Shown here piece by piece: positions 49,900 to 63,916 of a DNA stretch of 64,000 bases. Both the position numbers and the translations under genes were made by a program. The notes under the pieces were generated by a model. It did no database searches and was not told the origin of the DNA. It saw nothing but the letters and a program-made list of their open reading frames with translations. Source of the stretch: Octopus sinensis (lineage: Eukaryota); contig NC_043010.1 in NCBI RefSeq assembly GCF_006345805.1, positions 5,704,001-5,768,000 on the forward strand. Reading direction: 5' to 3'. Numbering within the stretch: position 1 is the first letter of the stretch; every line of letters starts with the position of its first letter.

Positions 49900-50242
49900 G
49901 CGGTGGAGGGATTGGTGGTGGGAAACATTGGCAGCGGTGGTGGTGGGAGCAGCATCAGCAGCGGTAGTAGTAGTAGTAGTAGTAGTAGTAGCAGCAGCAG
50001 CAGCAGCAGCAGCAGTAACAGTAGTAGTAGTAGTAGTATAGTAGTAGTAGTAGTAGTGGTGGTGATGGTGGTGGTGGTGGTGGTGGTGGTGGTGGTTGTA
50101 GTAGTAGTAGTAACTTTAGTAGTAGTAGTAGTAGTGGTGGTGGTGGTGTCGGCGGCGGTGGTGGTGGTGTCGGCGGCGGTGGTGGTTGTAGTAGTAGTAG
50201 TAGTAGTAGTAGCAGCAGTAGTAACAGTAGTAGTAGTAACTT

Positions 50243-50276
<34 letters not shown>

Positions 50277-50460
50277 GGTGGTGGTGGTGGTGTCGGCGGT
50301 GGTAGTGGTTGTAGTAGTAGTAGTAGTAGCAGCATCAGTAGTAGTAAATTTAGTAGTAGTAGTAGTAGTAGTAGTAGTAATGGTGGTGGCGGCAGTAGTA
50401 GTAGTAATAGTAGTAGTAGTAAAGATGCTGGCACAGAATTCGTAACAACAACAACAACAA
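49900..50460. repeat. (GTA)n/(GTG)n/(GCA)n compound trinucleotide array
   Basis: Direct observation. Confidence 0.95.
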
Positions 50461-50805
50461 AAAAATCTATATAAACATACAAGTAAGGGAGCACAAATGA
50501 GTCGAAGTAATAAAAATAGAAGCAAAACACGTTTTTTGAAAAAATTCCTGTCACAGAAATAATTAAATTATGGAGAGAAGCTTTGAGCTCTTTTACAGTA
50601 ATTCCCTTTTTTTCTATTCTTTAGAAAAATGCTGCAAATGTTCCGTTTTATTTTATTATATTTAAAAATTTTTTTTTCGTGGGTTGGAGAGACAGAAGTG
50701 TGTGTGTGTATGTGTGTAACCGTATGTGTATTTGTATGTCTATGTGAGCGTATGCATCCTTTTGTGCTTGTGTGTATATGTACACACATACACATGCACA
50801 CTCAG

Positions 50806-50844
<39 letters not shown>

Positions 50845-50859
50845 TAATTATTTGAGGGA

Positions 50860-50896
<37 letters not shown>

Positions 50897-51117
50897 TATA
50901 TATATATACACATATATATATATATATGCTATTTATATTATATATACATGCATGTATGTTCATATGTTTTCATATATGCATGACTATATTTATATGTATG
51001 TATATATGTATGCATGTCATATTTCAAGATTTCTAGCCTGTAGAGAAAGAGCTGGTTTCTAACCTAGATTCAAGGCTCCTTCATTGGAATTTCAAACTCA
51101 ACAACATGGTATGTATG

Positions 51118-51151
<34 letters not shown>

Positions 51152-51224
51152 TGTATGTATGTATGTATGTATGTATGTGTGTATGTATGTATGTATGTAT
51201 GTATGTATGTATAGATATATATTT

Positions 51225-51385
51225 TTCTCTCCTTGTTCCTCTCTTTGATTTTTTCTGTGTCCCTTTCTGTAGAAGAGCGTAGGCTCGAAACGTAAAAGAC
51301 TTTTTCTATTCCTGAGCGTTATACTAATACATCTGTTTGTTTTGTACACCACCTGTCTTCGTCTTTTGTTTTTTTCATAAACTCT
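51225..51385 (+). mobile_element. Penelope-like pseudo-LTR fragment, second subfamily
   Basis: Layout like 22700-22900 (pyrimidine tract, hammerhead, CCTGAGCG..CTAATAC); within microsatellite. Confidence 0.55.
51263..51298 (+). ncRNA. Minimal hammerhead ribozyme-like motif, A6-to-U core variant
   Basis: CTTT-CTGTAGAA-GAGC gtag GCTC-GAAAC-GTA-AAAG; stems I, II and III all pair. Confidence 0.62.
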
Positions 51386-51774
51386 CCCTATGTATGTATG
51401 TATGTATGTTTGTATGGACCAACTAGTACTGGACCTACATTGGGTGCCAGAGCACCAACTATACCCTGTGACATACACGGCATTAAGAGGGGCATCCAAC
51501 TGCAGAAACCATGCTGAAACAAACATTCAACTTTAGCATAGTCCTCTGGCTCAACAATTTCTATCAAGCCATCAAACCCATGCTGACATGAAAAATAGAT
51601 TCTAAACAATGGTAATGATGATAGGATTGCTTGGAAGGCAAGTGGGTAAAAAGTTAACTTTGCCTTCCTGAGGTTTGATCTCATTGTGAGAAATTTTGGG
51701 CAAGTGCTTTTACCATGGCTTTGTGAATGAAACTTGATAGACAGAAACTGCGTGGAAGCCTCTCAGATTGACTC

Positions 51775-52075
51775 ATCATCATCATCGTCATCGTTTAACG
51801 TCCGCTTTCCATGCTAGCATGGGTGGGACGATTTTGACTGAGGGCTGGCGAACCAGGTGGTTGCACCAGGCTCCAATCTTGATTTGGCAGAGTTTCTACA
51901 GCTGGATGCCCTTCCTAACGCCAACCACTCTGAGAGTGTAGTGGGTGCTTTTTACGTGCCACCGGCATGGGGACCAGTCAGGCGGTACTGGCAATGACCT
52001 CGCTCAAATCTGTTTATACATGCCACCGGCACAGGTGCCAGTAAGGCAATGTTACCAGTAAGGCGAAGGTGCCAG
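51775..52075 (-). mobile_element. Family C repeat
   Basis: Reverse complement, (ATG)n tail. Confidence 0.88.
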
Positions 52076-52262
52076 TATGTAATTTAATATTTTGTCCCAT
52101 ATTGTGTCACATGGATTCGACTTGAGATCTGCATTTAGAATGGCCACACCTGAAGAATACTCAGTCACTTGCACAGCAAATAAAGGAACCGGTTGTTCTT
52201 CTGAGCAAACAACTGAAAGCTCATCATTGAGACGAAAGAGAAATCTATCATATACGCAAATA

Positions 52263-52676
52263 TGCGCAGGAGTGGCTGTGTGGTAAGTAGCTTGCTAACC
52301 AACCACATGGTTCTGGGTTCAGTCCCACTGCATGGCATCTTGGGCAAGTGTCTTCTGCTATAGCCCCGGGCCAACCAATGCCTTGTGAGTGGATTTGGTA
52401 GACAGAAACTGAAAGAAGCCTGTCGTATATATGTATATATATGTATATGTATGTGTGTGTGTGTGTTTGTGTGTCTGTGTTTGTCTCCCTAGCATTGCTT
52501 GACAACCGATGCTGGTGTGTTTATGTCCCCGTCACTTAGCGGTTCGGCAAAAGAGACCGATAGAATAAGTACTAGGCTTACAAAGAATAAGTCCCGGGGT
52601 CAATTTGCTCGACTAAAGGCAGTGCTCCAGCATGGCTGCAGTCAAATGACTGAAATAAGTAAAAGAGTAAAAGAGA
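52263..52676 (+). mobile_element. SINE family A, full length
   Basis: All modules present. Confidence 0.93.
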
Positions 52677-52735
52677 GCACTTTTTTGGTTTATTAAATTA
52701 TACTTATTTTTATTATTTCATCATATAATAGATGA

Positions 52736-52766
<31 letters not shown>

Positions 52767-54033
52767 TGTTGTCTTGACACAAAACGCTGTTTCTTAATTG
52801 TCTATTTTTATTCATTCAATCAGGTGACGCGATTCTATCATGTGACATTTTCTTATTCTTACATGATTTATGATTTAGCTAATGGCTATTCATCCAGTCG
52901 TGTGACACTTTATTGACTCCGTGTCATGTGATATCTTTCACGCATTGATTCATATTATGGATTCATTCTTTTTCACCTTGCGGGGCCCCCCTTTTTTTTT
53001 TAAACCCAGTCTTATTCATTTACATCATGAACAATTTGAAAATACAGTCTACCATTTTACATTTCATTTCGGAATTATTGCAATATTTTTTTGCTCATTA
53101 ATAAAATCATTATCTGAGCACAAAATCATTATTCACTCCTACATTTTAACATTTATCATCTGCTTCAAGAATCACTGTTTCAAAAAAGAATTATCTCAAG
53201 TTCCTTGAAGTTTATAAAAATCCTTACGATGCCAACAACATACAATTCTCACTGGTCAAAATAAGGCTTTTTAAAATGGAGAGAGAAATTCAAAGAACTG
53301 CTTTGGTCTAATGGTAGAATGTCTGCCATGCTTACGGATATGGGCTTTAGTCCCATGGACAGCCTTCAGCTCTTTTGTTTTTTAAGCTAATATTTAAATG
53401 TTATTTAAATATACGCATACATACACGCACACACACATACACACACACACATACACACATGCATGCACACACACACACAAGAATGCACATATACCTAACT
53501 CACAACCCCCCACCCCCACACACATGCACACATACACATTCACATACACATGCACATACACACATACCTGCACACATACACATACACACACATATACTTC
53601 CAAAATACACACACAATTACACATACACACACACGGATGCACACACACATGGGAACACACATATACCTTCACACACACAACCCCATGTGCACACACATAC
53701 ACACATGCACATACACACACACAGAGATGCACACATGCACACCACACACAAAACACCTAAACACACAAACATATATATACGCGCACTCACATACACAGAC
53801 ACATTCACACATATACATACTTCAAACTGCCAGTCAAACTCCTTTCTACTGACCATTCCTCTATGCACATGTGAAGAAACACACATCTATACAAAAGACC
53901 ACCACTCCTGTTACCATGCTGCTGAATTCTTCCTACAACATCAATAAACACAAAGTTCACTCACACACATATAAACAGCCAACAGCACACACACACTGTG
54001 CACACGCACATACCTACACATACACACAGATAC

Positions 54034-54266
54034 CTATTTCTTTACTACCCACAAGGGGCTAAACATAGAGGGGACAAACAAGGACAGACAAACGGTTTAA
54101 GTCGATTATATCGACCCCAGTGCATAACTGGTGCTTAATTTATCGACCCCGAAAGGCTGAAAAGCAAAGTCGACCTTGGCGGAATTTGAACTCAGAACGT
54201 AGCTGGACAGACGAAATATGGCTACGCATTTCGCCCAGCGTGCTAACGTTTCTGCCAGCTTGCTGC
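54034..54266 (-). mobile_element. SINE family B
   Basis: Reverse complement of 22168-22377. Confidence 0.9.
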
Positions 54267-54410
54267 TCCTTTTTTTACACTCTCCAGTCTTAGAAAGAAC
54301 TTTTTCTTCATCCATTCCCTCTTGGTCATTTCAAAATGTAAGTACATAGGGTTCCTTGGCAATTCTTTTTACTCCATCTTCCCTTTCTCTTGAACTTTCC
54401 TCTGTCTCCT

Positions 54411-54445
54411 GTTTCTGAAGAAGAGCTTTGCTCAAAACATAAAAC
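54411..54445 (+). ncRNA. Hammerhead ribozyme-like motif, canonical first core strand, CpG-decayed second strand
   Basis: GTTT-CTGAAGAA-GAGC ttt GCTC-AAAAC-ATA-AAAC; both departures are CG-to-CA changes. Confidence 0.5.
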
Positions 54446-54933
54446 TCTTTTTCTTTCCTTCCCTGAGCATCTTTTAATATTTTGCATGTACCAAGTCCTT
54501 GCATTGTTGTTTTTCCTTGTGTTTTTCTTGTTTTGTTTTTTGGGGGGGGGCATTAACTACATATATATATTATTTTCATAATGAGATAAAAAAAAAACAA
54601 CGGTGTGTAGATTTTAGAACATTTATAGATAGAAGGTCTCACAGCTGTTCCCAGGATATTTATTATATCCCTTCATCAGAGACGGTGTGAGAGGATGGTT
54701 AAGAAATAGTTAATTTAGATAAGATATAAAATAGAGAGTGAGGTGGAGGAAATAAAAGAAAATAGATGTGAGATATGTAGGGATATTGCATTTGTAGATC
54801 CATTTTTTTTTTAGGCAGAATGGTATACATATAATATTCCAATACCTTATGAGTAAAATCCAATAGAACTTAAAATTGGTCATTCCACGTTATAAGTTTA
54901 TACACATGTTATTGAATCCAGGGTTGTGTTTTA

Positions 54934-54971
<38 letters not shown>

Positions 54972-55153
54972 CAATATATATATATATCTATATATATTAT
55001 ATATATGTGTGTTATGTGTTGTGTGTGTGTGTGTATATATATTATATATAGTATGTAATATATATATACAAATATATATTATATATACAACACGAACATT
55101 ATATATATTGTGGTGTGTGGTGTGTGTGTGTGTGTGTGGTGTGTTTTGTGTGT

Positions 55154-55192
<39 letters not shown>

Positions 55193-55324
55193 ATTTAGGG
55201 AGTATAACTCCAAACTTACAGGGAAAAATACAATTTAGTATAAATCACATTTCACAGTATAAATATATAAAATATAAATTAGAGATAAAACCACTATTAT
55301 GCAACTCAATAAATAATCCAGAAT

Positions 55325-55505
55325 CTTTATCATCATCGTTTAACGTCCGCTTTCCATGCTAGCATGGTTTGGACAGTTTAACTGGGGTCTGAGAAGCCAG
55401 AAGGCTGCTCCAGGTTTCAGTCTGATCTGGCAGTGTTTCTACAGCTGGATGCCCTTCCTAATGCCAACCACTCCGTGAGTGTAGTGGGTGCTTTTTACGT
55501 GCCAC
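55325..55505 (-). mobile_element. Family C repeat, 5' truncated
   Basis: Tail and body motifs. Confidence 0.85.
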
Positions 55506-56933
55506 ATATACATACATACACACACACATATATACATGATGGATTAGCTGGCCAAAAGTTTGAAGTCACTGTCAACAACATACTTGTAAATGAATAATAA
55601 ATTTGTACCCTACAAAAGTATAGAATAACCTATCAGATTAATGTAAAATGGTTTTATTGTAACTGAACATAAAAACAAACATAGATAGAGATAGACACAT
55701 ATATACACATACATAGCCACACACATACATGCATGTACATGTATGTATAGGGATGTATACAATATTTTCTTAAGTGAATATAATACAACCTCTAACAAAG
55801 TGATATCAGTTTTTGTACCCCAAAATCAGAAATAAATTTCATTCCCTTATCTTTTCATGTTTACTTTTGAATATAATGTTATTTCACCGAACTTACAACC
55901 CGATCTTTTGTATTCAATCTCTAGCTCTATACACAAATAAGTATGATATGTGTGCATGGTGTGTGTGTGTGTGTGTGTGTATGTTTGTCTCCAACCATCA
56001 CTTAACAGCCAGTCTTGTTTATGTCCCTATAACTTAGTTGTTCAGCAAAAGAGACCAATAGAATAAGGGGTCAGTTGTTCAACTTGGGGTTAATTTGGTC
56101 TACTAAAAAGCCTTCAAGGTGGGGCTCCAGCAAGGCCACAGTCCAATGACAGAATATATATATATATATATAAACCATGATGCAGCACGGAATTTTGTCA
56201 GTGAGCAGGTCGCGGTCTCAAAGCCACGAAAATATTTTGACAAATTAATTTTAATTCTTTCGTTCCAGCACACGATCTCAGATCAGGTCACTTGCTATGC
56301 AAGTACATCTCCATAATATATATATAATACTTACATACACCACACACTCTCACATGCAACTTCTTAATTTTTGTGTTAAAATATATTTAGAAACATTATT
56401 TCAGCGATTCAGAAATGTACATACTTTAAATAATTATCTTCCTGAGTCATATGTACTTGTTACATTAAGAACGTATAGTTATTATCTTAGAAAATGGTCC
56501 AGATATGATAGTAGACGTGATTCTGCTGGAATTAACATATCAAAAAAAAAAAATGCATTCAGTTGTATTTGATTTCTGAACAAATACACTACCATTAAAT
56601 ATATTTATCTTGCTAGTATTGAGTTAAGCAAAGCAGAAGGACTTAAGCATACATATGTATCATATAACAAACATGTTAATAATATGGCTTTTATTGTTGA
56701 ATCTTTGAGTCCAGAATCTATTTTCTTTCTTTATTCTCTTTCTCTTTTTTTTTTCTTGCTTTGTTTCTTTTATTAAGGTTTCTTAAAAGAGGTTTCAATA
56801 AGAATAAAATTTTATCTTTTGGCAGCTTTTTAAAATTTATCTACCTTTAAAAACTTACTTCAGTTGTTTAATCAAGTGGACTACCGATTCATGTGTAAGT
56901 TGGTGGGTGAGAATTCTATAAACATATATATAA

Positions 56934-57182
56934 ATTTCTTTACTACCCACAAGGGGCTAAACACAGAGGGGACAAACAAGGACAGACAAAGGGATTAAGT
57001 CGACCCCAGTGCTTAACTGGTACTTAATTTATCGACACCGAAAGGATGAAAGGCAAAGTCGACCCCGAAAGGATGAAAGGCAAAGTCGACCTCGGCGGAA
57101 TTTGAACTCGGAACGTAACGACAGACGAAATACGGTTACGAATTTCGCCCGGCGTGCTAACGTTTCTGCCAGCTCGCCGCCT
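56934..57182 (-). mobile_element. SINE family B with 28 bp internal duplication
   Basis: CCGAAAGGATGAAAGGCAAAGTCGACC present twice. Confidence 0.9.
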
Positions 57183-57794
57183 TTCTATAAACATATATAA
57201 CCTCAACTCTTACTCCACAGGAACCAAATGTGCTTAATTCTGTGCACATGTACTTGAGACACAAAAACGTGAGTTAACTCATTTGTGATAGCGGGGTACT
57301 CTCAGGAATTTTTCATAATTCATATGCTGTAGTACATACATTATATTTTTCCCAGCTAAGAGAAAAAGGTTGCAAGATGTGATGCTGCATATGATTACCA
57401 AGTTACATCTACACATTAGAACGCAAAAATTTAATCAGTGCAATGAGGGTTAATGTAGTTCTGAGGTAGAATTTGCATGATGTTCTGTGTAACAAAGACG
57501 TATCTTTTGAATTATGTGACAATTCATCTGACAGCTTTCCAAAAAGTATTTTTCTACCAAGTCCTACTCCCAATGAATAAATCAACCGGAGGTTATATTG
57601 AAGGACATTGATTTGCTCATGATGTTACATAATGGAATCAAAACAGATCATCTGATTGGAAAATGTATTTTGCAACCACTCAGTCATACCAGCACCCAGG
57701 GTTACCATAGAAGAATTACAGGCCCATAAGCAAAGAAATGCATGAGGTCCTGCTACTTACTTACATAAACCCTCTGTTTCCTATGAAGCAAAAC

Positions 57795-58070
57795 AGATAA
57801 AGGTAAAGACCCCCCTTCTGTCATGCATGACCATGAGATTGCATCTCAAAAGTTCCCTTCCAAATCCCAAAGTCAGGGCAAGGTGGTTTATAGAAGACCA
57901 GCAGTCACCCATGCATACCAGCCTCCACTCTCCATGCCACCGGTGTTATCCAAGGGAAAGGCAAAGGGGGCCGATACAGATTGGCACCAGTGACATCGCA
58001 ACTCATTTCTACAACCTGAAATAGTATCTTGCTCAAGAACACAACACACAGCCCCATCTATGAATCTAAG
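57795..58070 (-). mobile_element. SINE family E, CTTTACCT tail (RTE-partner type)
   Basis: AAGGTAAAG end on the plus strand; CTTGCTCAAGAACACAACAC head segment like family D. Confidence 0.55.
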
Positions 58071-59627
58071 CAGAACATCAATAACTTTTCTCCACAGTTC
58101 TCAACACTAAGATGTTTCCTTGATTAAAGGCCTTGTCCTGTCAGGTCTTGTTAGTTTTGAATTGTTGTCAAGGATTTGGTAACTTTGCTTCGTTCTAGGA
58201 ACAGGTCTTGTCCCTAAAACAAATTTATTTTTATCTCTGGGAAGAAATGGTCCATCTTACTCTGGCTTCTATCCTTTGACCTGTTGAAAATGGGAGGTCC
58301 TACCATCTGTTTGCTGGTATAGCTTCCAGGGTCACTGAGGTACACAAGGTACCACACTACAAGGACGGTGTCTGGTAGTGGATGAGAGCATATAGCATTT
58401 ATTTATTGTTAGCAAGGCACAGATTACAAAGATTAGCATTGGATCCATAGGCTGCACAGTTATCTGCTCAGTGTGTGTGTGTGTGCTTGCCTTATGATAG
58501 CACTGTTCTAACTGCCCTACACTCACCTCTGTATAGATATCAATATTTACAACTTAGAATTGAGAAAAACCTCAAATGCGATACACACACATGTACACAT
58601 ACAAAGCTAGGATGAAATACATCAACATATGCAATATAATGTACATATATAGAAAGAGTTATTGAATTAGCTTCATCTCTATAAAAACAAAATATATGGA
58701 TACTTGCATTAAAACACTCCCAAAATACACATTTGTTTAAGCAGCCATGCACACATAAAAAGATGGATACTAACAGAAAGCCTCATATAGTCAATAACAT
58801 TGCATTAATTTAAACATAAATGTATATGTATATCTATGCATGTATGTAGGCATACATATACATAATGCACACACACACACACACACACATAAATACCTAT
58901 AATACATCATATATATATATTTTATATACACACACAGAAACACGTGTAATATATATATATGTATTAATTATATATATATAATATTATATATAGATTATTA
59001 TATATTATATATAATATGTATGTATATATGTATGTATATATATATATTTTCTATATAATATTATATATATATAACATATATATATATAATATATATATAT
59101 AGATATATATATAGGTATATATATATATATATATATTATATATACATATATATATATATATACATATATATTATATAATATATATATATATAATTATAAT
59201 TAATATATATTATACATATATATATATATACATACATTATACATACATCTATATATATATATATATATACCCATATGTTGTGTTTGGGGAGCATAATGTA
59301 GTCTTATGATTACACTTAGAGATTGCTATTTACAGACTGTGTACATTCATGCACACCCAGTTCTTGTGGCACACATATACGTGCACATACACACACAAAA
59401 ATACACTTTCATGTATTTGCAAAACAAATACATATACTTGTTCATACAAAAGCGATGTGCATACATATAAGGTACATGCACGGATGCAGTCATACATCAC
59501 ATACACATCTACATGTCAATACAATCTGAAATATTTAGTAATACATATACAAAAAACAGATAATACCCTCTCACCATAAATACTGTCAAATATATATACA
59601 CACATGGCTACAGAACACACAGGTACC

Positions 59628-59668
<41 letters not shown>

Positions 59669-59795
59669 TAAGAGTATTCGCGCACATATATGCATTCATA
59701 CATACAAATGAACAAAAATATATGTGCATATAAGCATATATAACCCTACATATACATAAATGCACCACACACTCACATATATTTATAAATGTATG

Positions 59796-59839
<44 letters not shown>

Positions 59840-59856
59840 GATAGATAGATAGATAT

Positions 59857-59889
<33 letters not shown>

Positions 59890-60274
59890 AAGATCGATAG
59901 ATAGATGGATAGATAGATAGATAGACAAACGCACACATAAATATGCATGCATATATACGCATATACTATATAGGTATACATACATAAACACATTCACTTA
60001 TACATACCTGCCTAAATGTATGCACACATGTATACTTGTATGAATGCATAAACACATACATGTATATAACCCATGTCAGTATGGAAAATGGACATTAAGA
60101 GATGATGCTGATGACAATGATGATGATTACGATGATAAAGATGATGGTGGTGGTGGTGATGATGACATACATTTATATATACATACTAGCATGCATATCT
60201 GCATATGTATATGCACACATACCCTATCTTAGCCAACACCTGGTTGCTTAAACCACTAAAAGTGTAAAACAATG

Positions 60275-60620
60275 ACCCACTGCGTGGCACCTTGAGCAAG
60301 TGTCTTCTACTATAGCCTTGGGCTGACCAAAGCCTTGTGAGTGGATTTGGTAGACGGAAACTGAAAGAAGCCCATTGTATATATGTATGTGTGTAGATGT
60401 TTGTGTGTCTGTGTTTGTCCCCCCAACATTGCTTGACAACCGATGCTGGTGTGTTTACGTCCCTATAACTTAGCAGATAGGCAAAAGAGACCAATAGAAT
60501 AAGTACTAGGCTTACAAAGAATAAGTCCTGGGGGGTTGATTTGCTCGATCGACTAAAGGCGGTGCTCCAGCATGGCCACAGTCAAATGACTGAAACAAGT
60601 AAGAGAGTAAAGAGAGAGAG
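60275..60620 (+). mobile_element. SINE family A, head truncated
   Basis: Body and tail present. Confidence 0.88.
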
Positions 60621-60949
60621 TATGCTCAAACAGCACTTACATGGACACACTATGAAAATAGGCTCACACATACATACATATGCATGCTTACTCACACACT
60701 CACACACACACATTCACATACACACAATGATAAATAGGTACACAAAGTCACACATACAATGTATATGCATGAATGCCTTCTCCTCTCGCACACCACTTAT
60801 ATCCCTTTGACACTCAGACAGACAATGCAGACATTAAAGTCAGTGGTTGTTTGTGTTTCCTCGAAGACAAAAATCTGCTGAGAAAATGTCAAACTCCTTT
60901 GAATTGCTGCTGTTATCCCTATCATTGGTGTCATTATCATTATTATTGT

Positions 60950-61610
60950 TATTATTATTGTTGTTGATGTCATCATTATTATGGTTTCTTTTGTATTCGT
61001 TGCTGTAGCGGTCATTATTAAGTTATTATTGTTTTCAGTCGTGTTTGTTTGTCTATGGACAAGATATCTCAAGAACTACTGGATGGATTTGGATGAAACT
61101 TTCAGGGGTGTTAGGCCTCATGACTGGCATGAACTGATTAGATTTTGGGATCAATCTGGTACCAGACAAGGATTCTGGATTATTTTTCCTGTGTTTTCAC
61201 TTAATTTTTGAGAGTGGTCGGGTTCATTTCTAGTATTCTCATTTGTGAGAGCAGTCGAGTTTGTTATTATTGATATTATTATTGTTGATGTCATCATTAT
61301 TATGGTTGCTGTTGTAGTTTTTGTTGTAGCGGTCATTATTATTATGTTATTGTTTTCAGTCATGTTTGTTTGTCCATGGACAAGATATCTCAAGAACTAC
61401 TGGATGGACTTGGATGAAACTTTCAGGGTGTTAGGCCTTATGACTGGCATGAACTGATTAGATTTTGGGATCAATCTGGTACCAGACAAGGATTCTGGAT
61501 TATTTTTCCTGTTTTTTCACTTAATTTTTGAGAGTGGTCAGGTCCATTTTTAGTATTCTCGTTTGTGAGAGCAGTCAAGTTTGTTATTATTGATATTACT
61601 ATTATTGATG
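60950..61610. repeat. Tandem repeat, about 321 bp unit, two copies; DINE/Helentron-like core
   Basis: GTTGATGTCATCATTATTATGG near 60963 and 61284; GTTTGTTTGTC.ATGGACAAGATATCTCAAGAACTACTGGATGGA motif. Confidence 0.85.
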
Positions 61611-61859
61611 TATATACACACACACACAAAATATGTGACAGGCTTTCACATATTTTCCCTCTACTAAATTCACTCATAAGATTTTAGTCAGCTCAGAGCC
61701 AGGGTATTAGACACTTGCCCAAGGTGTCACACAGACAGACTGAACCCAAAACGACATGTTTTGCAATGTGAAGTTCTTCACCACACAGCCTGCACCTATT
61801 CATTATAATTCTTGCTGTTGTTCTTGTAGTTGTTGCTGGTGTCATTATCATAGCTATTG

Positions 61860-62245
61860 TCTGTTCTGAGTTCAAATTCTGCTGTGGTCAATTTTGCCTT
61901 TTTATCTTTTTGGGGTCGATAAAGCAAGTATCAGATCAACACTGGTGTTGATGTAATCAACTTAAATTTCCTTTTAACTTGATGGTCTTGCGAGCTGGCA
62001 GAATCGTTAGCATGCCGGGCGAAATGCTTTGCGGTATTTCATCTGCCACTATGTTCTGAGTTCAAATTCCGCCGAGGTCGACTTTGCCTTTCATCCTTTC
62101 AGGGTCGATTAAATAAATACCAGTTACGCACTGGAGTCGATATAATCGACTTAATCCGTTCGTCTATCCTTGTTTGTCCTCTCTGCATTTAGCCCTTTGT
62201 GGGAAGTAAAAAAATAGGTCTTGTACCAAAATTTGAAACCACTAT
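61860..62245 (+). mobile_element. Family B2 SINE interrupted by family B (about 61991-62216)
   Basis: GGTCTTG duplicated at both junctions. Confidence 0.72.
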
Positions 62246-63339
62246 TATAGCTGTTGCAATTGTTGCCATTGGTTTTGAGGTTGTTTTTTTCCCTCTTGAC
62301 ATCATCTCATAGTTATTATAGTTCCTTTTGTTTTGTTTTTTTTACCCCTCCCCTCTTCCATCAGCCTCCTCCATTTAACAGAGATGTTTCAGATTGGGGC
62401 CACCAAACAGAGAAATGTCACAACTTATGTCAACAAAGGAGGAATTAATTGTGGTAATTACTGGTAAGATTTACTCTGTGTGTTTGTGTTTGTGTGTATA
62501 ACTGTATTTTTATGTGTATTTGTGTGTGTGGTGTGTGTGAGTGTGTGAATATCTGTGTGAGTGTGTGTGTTTGTATTTACATATATAGTTGTGAGTGTGT
62601 GTCAATGTGTGTATGTGTGTATATGTGTTTGCATGTGTATGAGTACTTGTCAATGTCAGTGAGTGTCCGTGTATGTGTATGTGTGTATATGTATGTGTGT
62701 GAGTATGCTCATTTGTGCATGTGACCTGGCTTCTTTGTGTGTATGTGTGTATTTGTGTGTGTGGGGGTATGCAAGTACTTGTGTTTTGTGTGAATGTGTG
62801 TGTGTGTGAGAGAGAGTGTGTGTTTACAAGTACATGTTTTTTGTGGTTCGTGTGAAATTTTTGTCCTTGGTTGTGTATTTGTGCGTATGTGTGTATGAGT
62901 ATGTATGTGTGTGCATGTGTGTGTGCGTATGTGTATGTATGTACATAGTATGTTGTGCCAGTGTATACGTATCTGTGTGTGAGTACATACATTTATGTGT
63001 GTGAACTTTTGTGTATTTGCATGTGTATGTAAGTGAATGTGCTTTTATATGTGTGTATAAGTAGATATGTTAGCACGTATATTTGCATATGTATGTATGT
63101 ATGTATGAATGTATGTATGTATATAAGTGTATATGTACATGTGTGAGCATCAATGCTTATGTGTGCATTAGTATTTATTTGGGTGTGAGTATACATGTGC
63201 AGGTGTGTACTTTTGAGTGTGTATTTAATATTTGTATTTGTGTGCAAGCATGGTGGTACATACTATATGCATATGCTTATATGTGCATGCATTCAAATAT
63301 GTCTGTGCAAGTGAGTCAGGATTTGTACGTGTCACTGTG

Positions 63340-63503
63340 TTTCTCCCCGTAACTTAGTGGTTTGGCAAAAGAGACCGATAGAATAAGTACTAGGCTTACA
63401 AAGAATAAGTCCTGGGGGTCGATTTGCTCGACTAAAGACGGTGCTCCAGCATGGCCGCAGTTAAATGGCTGAAACAAGTAAAAGAGTAAAAGAGTAAGAG
63501 TAT
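63340..63503 (+). mobile_element. SINE family A, 3' half
   Basis: Tail module only. Confidence 0.88.
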
Positions 63504-63521
63504 TTATATATATATACACAT

Positions 63522-63687
63522 AGGCGCAGGAGTGGCTGTGTGGTAAGTAGCTTGCTAGCCAACCACATGGTTCCAGGTTCAGTCCCACTGCGTGGCATCT
63601 TGGGCAAGTGTCTTCTGCTATAGCCCCGGGCCGACCAATGCCTTGTGAGTGGATTTGGTAGATGGAAACTGAAAGAAGCCTGTCGTA

Positions 63688-63718
<31 letters not shown>

Positions 63719-63916
63719 GTAGGTGTGTGTGTGCTTGACAACCGATGCTGGTGTGTTTACGTCCCCGTCACTTAGCGGTTCGGCAAAAGAGACCGATAGA
63801 ATAAGTACTGGGCTTACACAAAAGAATAAGTCTCGGGGTCGATTTGCTCGACTAAAGGCGGTGCTCCAGCATGGCCGCAGTCAAATGACTGAAACAAGTA
63901 AAAGAGTAAAAGAGTA
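63522..63916 (+). mobile_element. SINE family A, full length
   Basis: All modules present. Confidence 0.93.

Noticed and set aside
52140-52230. CTGAAGAA...GAAAGCTC as an extended hammerhead
   Set aside because: Stem II pairing next to the core is poor; single copy.
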